A DNA stretch of 64,000 nucleotides from the human T2T-CHM13v2.0 reference genome, Homo sapiens, in the NCBI RefSeq assembly GCF_009914755.1, contig NC_060933.1. The stretch is one strand, 5' to 3'. A program made the position numbers and the translations under genes. This document shows, piece after piece, positions 28,013 to 40,509 of the stretch (the stretch's first letter is position 1; each line of letters starts with the position of its first letter). The notes under the pieces are model-generated. The model saw only the letters and a program-made list of their open reading frames with translations. It was not told the origin of the DNA and made no database searches.

Positions 28013-28690
28013 CAGTAGTGTCCCTTTATCCATGGTGGGCATATTTCAACACTCCCAGTGGATGCCTGAAATCTTCGGTAGTGCTGAACCTGAATGCTGT
28101 CAATCAAAGCATATTTCAGTTCATGTCTTCCACACACAAATTGTTTTCATCTTAACTAAGCACTTATGTGCTGTGGCAGCAACTTTTGCAGTTTGAGGTG
28201 CAAAAGCAAAATCAGCATAAATTTCTTTACCCTTCTTCACAATTTCATAGAAAGAAGATTTGTTCTTATCACAGATCTTAGGAAGCTCATCATACAATAC
28301 TTTTTCATTTTTTAAGTTCAGAAACTTTCACATTCTGACTTAAAGGAAGCACTTTACAGCTTCTCTTTGGTATATTCAAATTGCCAGCATCACTACTCTT
28401 GTGCCTTGAGGGTCATTATTAAGTTAAATAAGGGTTACTTTATGACAAGAAGTGTCATATGGTCTATGTGATAATGGAGATGCCTACTGACTAACAGGGT
28501 GGTAGTTGAACAAAGGGGTGATTCATGACTCAGTCAGGGCAAAGCAGGAAGTCATGAGATTTCTTCCCACTACTCATAAGGGTCCACTATTTAAAACTTA
28601 TGAATGGTTTACTTCTGGAAATTTTCACTTAACATTTTTGGACTGTAGCTGACTACAGGTAAATGAAACCCTAGGAAATGGAATCTCATA
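28013..28690 (-). mobile_element. MER44 (Tigger7-derived) DNA transposon
   Basis: TIR 'cagtagtgtccctttatcc'. Minus strand carries the decayed transposase start (PKRSCKVLPL, ~28340-28372) and 'ttccagaagtaaaccattcataagttttaaat'. Confidence 0.85.
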
Positions 28691-28699
28691 GTAGCTCCT

Positions 28700-30120
28700 T
28701 GTATTGGTACAATGACTTTGCCCCAACAAAGCTATGGACTTATAAGGTGTTTTCTATTTCCAAATAATAGAGAAGAAATAAAATTCGGGTACATTTCGTG
28801 GATGGATCACCTCAATGTATGGTGTGAGCTGAAAGTAGAGAACCACTGTACTATATCCCTACTTAGTGATAAAGTTCATAAGAAATAGGGAGAAGAAATT
28901 TTCTGAGTGGACAGTTTTGAGAATTATAATTGTTTCTTTCCTTGTATGGTGGGTAAAACACTCTAAGAAAAACATCACAGAAACTATTGGGCAATGGCCA
29001 ACAGCTTTTTCTCAAAGTAAAAAACGGTCTGAAAAACAGAAACAAACATGATGAGCTCTATTTTATTTTAATACCCATCAGTGAACATTCACTACAGAAG
29101 AGACACTCAGAAACCAGGTAGACAGAATGAAACATTCAATGGACGGCATCCAGTCTCTGTTCTGGCCAGCTTACGGCTTGTTAAATGGGCACATTCTATT
29201 GTAGAAGGAATGGAGACCATTCACGGCTTTAACAGCATCAATTCTTTCTTGCCAAGACTGACTGATAATTCTTGTGCTCTGCCTTAATGTGTCAGCCTTA
29301 ACTGATTTTTGCTGCACCATGTATGATTGTGTATGGAGAGTTCAATATAGTACCAGCAAAAAAAAAAAAAAAAAAAAAGAAAACATACAGATAAAATAGA
29401 GGCTAATTTACTATCAATAGTGATGCAAAAATTTTAAGTAAATTACTTGAAACCTATTATAAAAATAGCTACATTATCAAACAGAATTAATTCATTAAAC
29501 TTAATGTTGGATCAAAAATAGAAAATATCGAGTAAAAATATTGCGGTGCAAAAGACACAGGAAACATAATCTTCCTCTCCCACATACTGACTCTCAAATA
29601 AATGCTTCCCATCCTTAGTGCTCCTAAATTCTAATGGATAATAGATACCATTACCCACGCAGATAGTTTCCTCCAAGGGATACAGTAAAGATTATACTAA
29701 ACCTAAAGTAATGACTTTTTTTCCTGGCCACTTTGAGTATTGTAAGCTGGTATATATGTAAGAGGAGAAATGAGTTATACTACTAGCATGAGCAAAGCCC
29801 GTATTATAATGAGGAGCTGATGCCGAGTGTTACAGTAAAGTAGCTATAAGTATGTTTTGAACTCAATTTCCCCTGAGAAACATCTTGGTGTTTTCAAGCT
29901 CAGTGATAACTCTCAAATGTGTCCTTGATGGAAGGACTATCTGACAAAGATCAAGAAAAACAAAATCTCAGACCCCTCTGGGATAAAAGTCTGAATCACT
30001 CAATCAGGCAAGCACACCAAACTAGCTGAAGAACTGACCAACAGTGAGGGAAATCTAGAAAGGTTTGTGGAAAAAGAGATGATAAAAATAAATTGTGGAA
30101 TAAGGACCAGGTGCAGCAGC
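28700..30120 (+). mobile_element. ERVL internal pol/3' remnant (continuation), interrupted by an L1M piece
   Basis: 'gtggatggatc', 'aaccaggtagacagaatga', 'cagacccctctgggataaaagtctg', terminal 'gaccaggtgcagcagc'. Confidence 0.6.
29350..29550 (+). mobile_element. Short L1M ORF2 fragment with an expanded A21 run
   Basis: 'gatgcaaaaattttaagtaaattact' (DAKILSKL-like). Confidence 0.5.
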
Positions 30121-30147
30121 ACATTGAAAATTTAATCACAGACACAT

Positions 30148-30148
30148 A

Positions 30149-30191
<43 letters not shown>
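30148..30191. repeat. (TG)n(TA)n microsatellite
   Basis: Read directly from the sequence. Confidence 0.92.
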
Positions 30192-33127
30192 TACAAAATA
30201 AATAGAATCAATGATAGTTAAAGGAAATCTGAATTTCCCTAAAGATTAGTGATGTTGAGCCATCTGTATGTATTTGCTGATGAAATGTCTATTCAAATCC
30301 TTTGCCCATTTTTAATGGGGTCATTTGCTTTTGTCTCTGTTCAGTTGAAGTTTTTCATACATTTTGAAAATTAACCTTCTTTCAAACGTATGGTTTGCAA
30401 ATGTTTTCTCCCATTTTCGGTTATCTTTTCACTCTGTTGATTGTTTTCTTTGTTATGCAGAAACTTTCTAAATTGATGTAGTTACACTTTCTATTTTTGG
30501 TTTTGTTGCTTGTTTTTGGTGTCTTGTCTAAGAACTAATTGCCAAGACCAATGTCATGAAGCTTTCCCCCTATTTTCTCCTAGGAGTTTCACACTTCAGG
30601 TATCACATTTAAGTCTTTAATCCATTTTGAGTTGATTTATGTTTAAGAGTCCAACTACGTTTTGTATGTGGATAACCAGTTTTCCCAGCACCATTTGTTG
30701 AAGAAACAAAGTAGCCTTTCTCTATTCTTTGCATCTTTGTTGAAGATCAGTTGATTGTATTTGATTGGGTTAATTTCTTGAGTCTCTGTTCATTCGTTTT
30801 ATATGTTTGTCTTTCTGCTAGTATCATACACTCTTTTAATTATGATAGCTTTCTAATATATTCTGAAATCAGAAAGTGTAATTCCTCAATCTTTGTTCTT
30901 TCTCAAGACTGTTTTGGCTATTTTGGATCTTTTGTGTTTTCATATAAATTTAATTTTTTTTCTATTTCTGTAAAAAATATTATTAGGATTACTGATTCAA
31001 TGCATATAAATTGTATTGCATCTGTAAATAACTTTGGTAGTACGTCCATTTTAACAATGTAGTCTTACAATCCATGAACACAAAGTATCTATTCATTTGT
31101 GTTTTGCTTAAATTTTATTATTCAATGTTTTGTGGTTTTCCGTTTACATGCCTTTCTCATCCTTAGTTAAGTTTATTTATAAGTACTTATTTTTGATTGT
31201 ACTGTAAATGATAATTTTTCTTAATTTTCTCTTCAGATAGTTTGTACTTACTATATAGAAATGTTGCAAGTTGACTTTGCACAATTTTTTTTCTTTTTTT
31301 TGTATATTGATTTTGTATTTTGATTTTGCATCGTAATTTTACTGAAATTGTTTATTAGTTCTAACAGTTTTATTGTGGAATCTTTAGAGTTTCTACATAC
31401 AAGATTATATCAGTTGTAAAAAGAGATGATATTACTTCTTTCTCTCTGATTTGGATGCCTTTTATTATTATTTTTTCTTTACCAATTGGTCTGGTTAAAA
31501 TTTCCAGCACTATGGGGAATAGAAGAGGGATAACTGTCTTGTTCCTGATGTTAGAGAAAACGCGTTTTAGTCTTTCACTATTGAATATAATGTTAGATGT
31601 GAACTTTACATATATGGCCTTTATTATTTTAAAGTAATTTCTTTCTATTCCTAGTTTTTAGAGAGTTTGTTTTGTTTAATCATGAAATGATGTTGAATTT
31701 TTTCAAAGGCATTTTCTGCATCTATTGAGATGATCATGGTTTTATACTTCATTTGTTAATGTGGTGGATCACATTTATTGATTTGTGCATGTTAAAACAC
31801 TCTTGAATGTCATGGGTAAATCTGGCATGATTATGGTGTATGATCCTTATAGTGTGTTGTTAAATTCAATTTACTAATGTTTTCTTGGGGACATTTGCAT
31901 CTGTGTTTATCAGGGATGTTTCAGGGTAATTTTGGCCTCATAAAATTATTTTCACTTTATTTTTTGGAATAGTTTGAGAAGAATTGACATTAATTTTTCT
32001 TTAAATGTTTGATCGAATTCACTCATGAAGCCATATGGTCCTGGGCTTTCCTTTTTTGAGAAGTTTTAAATTACTGATTCAATCTCCTTACCAGTTATAG
32101 GACTGCCCAGATTTTCTCTTTCTTTTGGACCTAGTCTTGGTAGGTTGTATATTACTAAAAATTAATCCTTTTTTTCTAGGTTATCTAATTAGTTGGTGTA
32201 AAATTGTTCATAGTGGTCTTGAATATGTATTTTGTATCTCTGCTATCAGTTGTAACGTCTTTCTTTCATTTTGATTTTTTTTTCTATTTGAGTCATGTTG
32301 CTTCTTTTTATTAGCTAATGGTTTGTCAATTTTATCTTTTCAAGAAATCCAGTTTTGTTGATTTTTCTCTATTGCCTTTCTGTTTTCTAATCCTTTTGTT
32401 TCTGTTCTAATCTTTATATTTCTTTCCATCTGTTATCTTTGGTCTTAGTTTGTTCTGCTTTTTCCAGTTATTTAATGTATAAAGTTAGGTTTTTTATTTG
32501 AAATCTTTTTTTTCTTAATGTCATCATTTATCACTATTAATATCCTTCTTAGTACTATTTTGTTGCATTCCATACGGTATGACATATTGTATTTTCATTT
32601 TCATTTGTTTCAAGATAGTTTAAATTTGTCTATTGATTTCTTATTTGACTCATACATAGTCTGTTGTTTATGTTTCACATATTTATGATTTTTTCAGTTC
32701 TCCTTCTGTTATTGGTTTCTGGTTTAATTTCACTATGGTTGGAAAGTATACTTAGTATGATTTTATTCTTCTTAAATTTGTTAAAACTTGTTTTATGACC
32801 GAACATGTTTACTATTCTGGAGAATTATCAGTGTGTACTTGAGAAGAATATATATTTTGTTACTGTTGGGTGGAGTGTTGTGTATATGTCTGTTAGGTCT
32901 ACTTGGTCTTTATGGCTGTTCCAGTCCATTGTTTCCATATTGCTGATCTGTCTAAATGGCTGAATGGGCTATCCATTATTGAAAGTGGGGGTATCGAAGT
33001 CTTTTACTATTATTATATTGCTATCTATTACCCTCTTCAATTCTGTCAATGTTTGCTTATATATTTAGGTGCTTTGATTTGGAGTATATATATATAAATA
33101 ATATATATTAAAAAATATATAGATAGA

Positions 33128-33334
33128 TATAAAATATACTAGGTCTTATCAAAGTTCTGAGACAGGAGGAACAGAATCTATTGCTTTGGACGCCTTTAAA
33201 AATGCAAGAGCATTGGACGTACTGCCTACTACTTTTCTTCCCTCCCTGATAAAAAGCTAGGAGCTGTTTCTTTTTCCCCTAAGCACTCTGCACTGTGCTA
33301 GTGTATGCCACTGTAGCATGCGTTAGCCTGCTAG
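33128..33334 (+). repeat. 207-bp inserted duplicate of 35220-35426
   Basis: Ungapped alignment at offset 2092, about 16 mismatches by manual count. Confidence 0.95.
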
Positions 33335-35780
33335 CTATAACAAATATATATATATATTTTCCTGGAAAACTGACCTTTCATTATTGCATAATTTTTTCTC
33401 TTATGACAGTTTTTCACTTAAAATTTGTGTCTTCTCATAAAAGTATAGATGATTCTGCTCGTTTTTATATATTGCGTGCATGGGATATCTTTTTTCTTGC
33501 CTTCATTTTTAGCCTTTCTGTGCCCTTAAATCTAAATGGAATTCCTTTTGGACAGCATGTAATTGAATCTTGGTTATTTTTAATCAATTCAGTTACTCAG
33601 TAGTTTCTTATTGAGAAATTTAATCATTTATATCTGAAGTAACAGTTGATAGAAAAAGAATTACTGTCTTGCAAATTATTTTCTGTTTTGTTTCTCTTTT
33701 CCTCTCTTGCTGTCTTCATTGTGTTTTTACTTTTTATAATAATATGCCTTTGATTCTTTTCTCACTATTTTTGAGTTTGTCTTCTATAGATATTTTATTC
33801 ATAGTTGTCATTGGACTTAGGTAAATCAACTTATAATAGTCTATTTTAAGCTGATAAGAACTTGACTTCAATCCATATAAAAACTTATACTTTTATTCAC
33901 TCACATACTTTATGTTATTGATGTCATAATTTACATATCTTTAGACTGTCAATATGCATATTTTATACTTATGGTTACTTTTAATGTTTGCTTTTTAACT
34001 TTTATACTTTAATTGAAAATGATTTACCTAACATTATTACACTACTACAGTATTCTGTATTTGTATATATATTTACTTTTAATAGTGAGTTTTATAATTT
34101 TTTGTGCTTCTGCATTTCTCTTTCATATTATTTCATTCCAATGTTCAAAATTCCCTTTAGAATTTCTTGTAAGACAGTTATCATGGTTAAATTTCCCTCA
34201 GTTTTTGCTGGTCTAGGGATGTTTCTTTTCTCTCTTTCAGTTTTGAATGACAGTTTTTCCAAGTAGAGTATTCTTAGTTGACAGTTTTATTTCTTGCAGA
34301 ACTTCAAATATGTCACCTCACTCTCTTCTGTCTTGCAATGTTTTTGCTGAGAAATTCAATGATAGTTTTATAGAGGTTTTCTTGTACCTTAAATGTCACT
34401 TTTCTCTGTCCACTTTGAAAGTTCTCTCTTTGTCTTTCACTTTTTACAATGTGATTACTATGTATCTCAGTGTGAATGATTTTTGGATTTATCTCTTCTT
34501 CAAGTCTGTTGGCCTTTTTGAACATGGACGTAAATGTCCTTCCTCAGATTTGGGAAGATTGGGTCACTATTTCTTTAAATAAGCTTTCTGTCTCTTTCTC
34601 TTTAGTCTTATTCTTTTCTCCCATATTGCATAAGTTAATCTGCTTTATGGTGTCAGGGACTTCTTAAGCTCTCTTGACTCTATTTTATTATTTTTTTTGT
34701 TTCTCCAATTGAATAATTTCCAATGACATGTCTTCTAGCTTGCTAATCCTTTTTTCTGCTTCACCTAGTCTCTTATAGAACCCCTATTGTACATTTTTTA
34801 CTTAAATTATAATACTCTTCAGCTCCATGATTCCCTTTTGGTCATTTAAAATATATTTTCAATCAGTTTATTAGAATTCTCACTTAGTTCATAAATTACT
34901 CACCTAACCTCACTCATCAACTCCATAATTGTCATTTGAATTATCAGTCACTAAATCATATCTCTATTTCATTATCATGTTTTTCTTGAGATTTATTTTA
35001 CTCATTTGTTTGCAACATATTTCCCTGTGTCTTCATTTCCCCTAACTCTTTGAACTGGTGTCTGCATATTAGACAAAACGGCCACCTCTTTCAGTCTTTG
35101 TGGACTGGTCTTATACAAGAGAAGACCCTTGCTAATAAGTCTGGTGAGAGATTCTGAGGACCTCTCAAATCTTTGTGGTAGTTCAAATTGCTATCTTTGT
35201 GGTTGGTGGCCTCTAGTTTTATAAAATATGCTAGGTCTTATCAAAGTTCTGAGACAGGAGGAACAGAATCTATTGCTTTGGACGCCTCTAAAAATGTAAG
35301 AACATTGGACGTACTCTCTACTACTTTTCTTCCCTCCCTGATGAAAAGCTGGGAGCTCTTTCTTTTTCCCCTAATCACTCTGCACTGAGCTAGGGTATTC
35401 CACTGTGGCATGTGTTAGCTTGCTAGTTCAAAGTGGGTTTTTAATCTTAGTGGCCCCTAGGTGGCTAGAGTATGCTGGGTCCCATTAGCTCTTAGGGGTA
35501 GGTAAGACAGAAACCAGCACCATGGTCAGGCCCCAGAAATATCAGTCTTGAATATATAATCAAGTCCTTTTCCTACTTCCATATGGGTGAGATGGGTATT
35601 TCCTTTTCATCACTGGGCATCATGTCAGAAGTACAGCTTATGGTGAGACACAGTTGGAATACTTCTACTGGTTTCTGGCTAGTTTCATGCTTGTCTGGGA
35701 ATATAGGAGTCTCCCATTTAGTTTCTGTATTTCACACAAAGGAAATTATTTTGTGCTTTGTTTTGAATCAGTGTGTTCAT

Positions 35781-35796
35781 GGGGGGGGGGGGGGGG
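35781..35796. repeat. G16 homopolymer
   Basis: Read directly from the sequence. Confidence 0.95.
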
Positions 35797-35869
35797 AAGA
35801 TTCAATTCTTTTTATTCCATCATCTTTCTGATGTACCAAATTGTACTTTATGTCTTGGATATTTTAAAG

Positions 35870-36060
35870 ATCCCAGTAGGACACAGATGATATACACAAA
35901 TATGGATAATTCAAGAAAGGTTTAATAAAGGGACTGTTTACAAAGCTATAGGTAGTTGAAACTGTATGGGATAGTGCTGAACCACAGGGTTAATGAAAAG
36001 TAGCTTCTATCTCCCTGTGGAGTTGAAGGGATTTGGGAATGGCATGATACTATGAGGTGG
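35870..36060 (-). mobile_element. Old ERVL-type LTR fragment
   Basis: 'aggtttaataaagggactgtttacaaag', typical of the antisense 3' end of old ERVL LTRs. Confidence 0.35.
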
Positions 36061-36090
36061 GAAAAGTATAGGGTTAAGAAGGGTGGAGAG

Positions 36091-36533
36091 TATGGTAGGC
36101 CAGTCTTAATCCCTGAAATCTGTGGATGTTATATGGCAAAAATATGTAATCCAGTTAAATATCTTTAAATGGCAGTATTATTCTGAATGATCAAGGCAGA
36201 CCCTAAATGCAATTACTTATATCCTTAAAAGAGGGAGGTAAAGACAGAGTTGACACAGACAGAAGATGATAAAGCAGTGCTACTACAGATGTAGATATTG
36301 GAATTAAACAATTAAATTCAGAGAATGCTGGCTGCCCCCCAAAGCGGAGATGACAAAGAACAGATTTTCCCCTAGAGCTTCTAAAGTGAGTGCAGCCCTG
36401 CCAACCCTCCAATTTATGCCCACTGATAATGATTTCAGACTTCTGGCCTTCAAAACTGTGAGAGATTAAATTTCTTTTATTTTAAGCTCCCAAGTGCGTG
36501 GTAATTTGTTAAAACAACTTCAGGAAATCAACA
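36091..36533 (+). mobile_element. MLT1C/D solo LTR
   Basis: 'taatccctgaaatctgtggatg', 'cagattttcccctagagct', 'cagacttctggccttcaaaactgtgaga', 'gtggtaatttgtta'. Confidence 0.85.
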
Positions 36534-36599
36534 GAGTGAAGGGAATTGAAAATAGAGGATAAAAAGCATAAAGTTAGAAATATAGTAGAAATACAAGTA

Positions 36600-36775
36600 A
36601 CTTTGGAGCAAGAAAGATTTGATTTGAATTTCAGATTCCAAACCTATTATTTCTGTAACTTAGTGTTTTGAAAAACCGTGACAATTCTCAATTAAGCAAT
36701 ATTTCTTATAATCTACAATGTGCCATGTGTGTTATATGAAGGTGTTGATGGCACTTTAGTAGTTGCTAAATAGTA
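36600..36775 (+). mobile_element. MIR fragment
   Basis: 'ctttggagcaagaaagatttgatttgaatttcagattcc...tgtaactt'. Confidence 0.4.
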
Positions 36776-38389
36776 ACATCTATCATGCAAAGTAATTGAC
36801 AGAAAAAGATATTGGCATTATCATTATGGAAAGAGGACTTGGAAATGTCATATGAAAAAGAATGGAAAGAACTGAGACCATATGTTACTAGGATCAATGA
36901 ATAGAAGCAACAGAACCATAGTAAATATAGACTACCTAAATTATCTTTTGAATAATAAGAAGGAATTGTATAGGAAAGTATGCCTGAAATGCAGGAATAT
37001 GTGTCCAGAATGTCAGAACTAACACAAATTTTAAAAAGTCCACCTGAGTGTTAGAACAAATATTGTTGATGTTGAAAATATCTCAGTGGAGATGAGAATT
37101 AGTTCCTCAGCCCAGTGTAAGACTGGATTAAAAATCGTGCATGGATGTGCAGGGCAGGAGGCTGAAGGTGAGCTGCCATGGAGATTTGGTGGCTTTCTTA
37201 GTCTGGATAATATGTATGAGGAGGCAGACAGTGAGTACATATCTATATCTAGCTTGATAGACTTCTTGACACCAATAAATGCTTTTTATATAAAGTATAG
37301 ACCTTCTTTTCTAACTCTTGCCAGACTTCTGAGTTTTATATATTTAATCCATCTTTATCTTATATTGTTTTTTTTTTAAACCACAGGCAAAACCACAAGC
37401 AGCCTGTATTTAAACAAGATAATATATTTAACTTCAAACTAAAATAATAACATTACATGTCAGGTGAAGAGAACATCTTAGCTTTGATCTCAGTGTATCA
37501 TCAGTGTATAAGGACTCTCTATTCCCTTGCCACTGCCTAGCCCATTGCGGGGCAACAATCAAACACAGAGATATATCAATGGAAGGGAAAGGCCAGACTT
37601 AATTCCAGCTGGTAGGGTAACATAAATTTAGATTGCATTGATTCATTAAGTTTTTTAGCTTTTATAGAAACAGGAGGCTCCTATGAAAATAACTTATGAC
37701 ATTGGCTTATGAACCAGGTCACAACTAATATTCTGAAATTTAGCAAATAGGTGTGACAAAATAAACCATTGTTTAAGCTTCATGGAGAAGAATGTACCTG
37801 GGCCAACATATTCCAACCTCACTCTTGGTTGAAACCAGCAGCATCATGGAAAGTTGAGATTAAAATTATCTAAGTGCAGAGTATCTGTGGGATCAGTAAT
37901 ATCATTCTTGCATATATATCTTCTTAAATTCTTTTGGTTTTAATGCCAGGGTTATTTGTGTTGTCATCAAAGTGTACTTACAAGGAGGGCAGAGAGAACA
38001 CAGTGGTTATGCTATAGGAGGAATTCAAAATGACCTGTTCTAAGTTTTTAGAATATATGTGTATGACTAGAATTAACTATTTGAAACCCACCCTATAACT
38101 TATTATAGTCCTCCTAGTTTTCTTCTTTTAATTTCAGTATCTAGAAGAGTGATAAAAAAACAATATTTTAGGTTTAATTTATAATATAAAATGTGAATAA
38201 TTATTATGAATAACAGCATGGCTAATAATAACCTAAATGAAATTTTTTCACTGATTATAAATTATTTGATTTGATATATTTCTTTTCTTATGAAGAATAG
38301 TAATCATAATGATTCATTTCTTCATTCAGGAAACTAGTACCTCTTTGTGGACTACCATGGAAACTGTGTACGTGGTTTATTTAATATGC

Positions 38390-39330
38390 CTTCTGCCTTT
38401 CTTCCTCCTGAATAATTTTCTCCTATATAGTCACACAATCCCACTCTCTAATCTCTTTCAAATTCCTCCAAAATCACCTTCTATGCGAGACTTTTCCTTT
38501 ACCGTCTCTAAAATTTAATCTTTCCTCCATGATAATGCCTATTCCATGTCCCTGTGTCATTTTTACTCTTGGTGCTTGTCGCCTTTCAACATACTATATA
38601 TCTCATTTGTTTTCCTTGTGTATTAACCATTTCCCACATTAAAATATAAACTTCATGAATCATGGATTTTGCAGGCTTTGTTCCATCCCTGGCATGTGAA
38701 TGACTGCTTGGTCCAGAATAGGTGGTTAAGTAAATGTTTGTGGATTGAATGGGTTAATAAATTAGATAGCCTAGGACGATATTATAGTTAGAAATACAAC
38801 AAAATGTGGTCTTGAATAACTGAAAAGTGTAAGGGCTGTGTGGATGAGTAACAGTTTGCAAAAAAGAGATACAAAAACTTGAGATGTGGGTTGAAAATTC
38901 ACAGAAGGGTTTAGTTAAGGAAGCAAAGGTAGAGATACTTTAAGAAGACAGTGCTCTGCAGGATCAAGAGGTAAAAGCTCTTAAGAAAGAAGATTCATGA
39001 ACTGTCATAGATATCACCCATAAACTCAGTGATACAGTGATGCTATGGCATTACAGTGAGTATTAAACCTGATTGAATTGGGCTTGTGAATAAATGAGAG
39101 CCAAAGAAATGGAGACTCAGGTTCAACAACCCTTTCAGGAGTGTTGGCTGCAACTGGAGGCAACAGATGTAGCTTCAGAATAATAAGCACTTGAGCACTT
39201 GAAGATAGGATTTATTTTTTACAAAAGGCACACGTGTGACAGTATTTAAAATGCAAAGGGAAGACTTAGAGAGTAGAGTATGTCTAAGAAAAAAAGGCTA
39301 TTAGTATAAATTTTTAGAGATGGAAAAATA
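38390..39330. mobile_element. L2 fragments (sense 3' end to ~38760, antisense thereafter)
   Basis: 'aaaatataaacttcatgaa...gaataggtggttaagtaaatgtttgtggattgaatg'. Antisense 'acaaccctttcaggagtgttggctg'. Confidence 0.5.
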
Positions 39331-39335
39331 CATGG

Positions 39336-39540
39336 TGTGGCAGACTCTGTTATTTGCCTATCGAATTACATTATCTGCTCTACTACAAGATTCTTGATTT
39401 TTTTCAACATGACAATGTACCTATTTAAAAATGCTCATCTCATGGTTTTATTGTTGTTAGATGTGGCCATGTGATCCATTTTAAATGAACACATGTAAAG
39501 AGAAGTCATTGTTGAGGATTCCAGCAATGCTTATTTGAAA
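39336..39540 (+). mobile_element. MLT1 LTR 5' fragment
   Basis: Starts 'tgtggcagac'. Has 'ttagatgtggccatgtga...tgtaaagagaagtc'. Confidence 0.5.
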
Positions 39541-39567
39541 ATCCAAACATCTTTTTTAACTTGATAA

Positions 39568-40101
<534 letters not shown>

Positions 40102-40509
40102 ATTTTTTTTTTTTTTTTTAACTAAGAAGATAAACAAACCAACAGGCAGAATATCAGAGTCATCCACATGTATACTGAGCTCATACAGGATGAAAACATG
40201 GCTTGAATTGAGGAAAACAGAGTCAACAGCAAATAAATACAAAGCATTACATGAATGATATGTCAGATGATAATTAGGGATTGGTAGTCTTCTATTCACA
40301 CATTTTTAATGTTTTAACCAAGATTTAAAAAAGGTAAATATGATAGAGTTCTGGATGGAATTTCTTCCCATTTATGTTCGTATATTTCTTTTATGTTAGG
40401 CAGCAGTGTGAATAAATGAACAAAAACAGAAGATTGAGCCCTTGTTATTTTACCTTATTTTAGTTTCTTTTTTTGAAAACTTCCCTATAATGTCTGCTTT
40501 ACTGTTTTT

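Larger units (their letters stand above)
30243..35835 (-). mobile_element. Long old L1 (L1MA/MB-like): 5'UTR, ORF1 and most of ORF2; 3' end missing
   Basis: Continuous antisense ORF2 (e.g. 'ggcattttctgcatctattgagatgatcat'), ORF1 at ~34150-35000, 5' start reading 'acatcagaaagatgatggaata' on the minus strand. Confidence 0.88.

Noticed and set aside
26331-28196. Cluster of overlapping ORFs (up to 204 aa) on both strands
   Set aside because: Almost all lie in the GC-rich MER52 LTR, where stops are rare. No recognisable domain.
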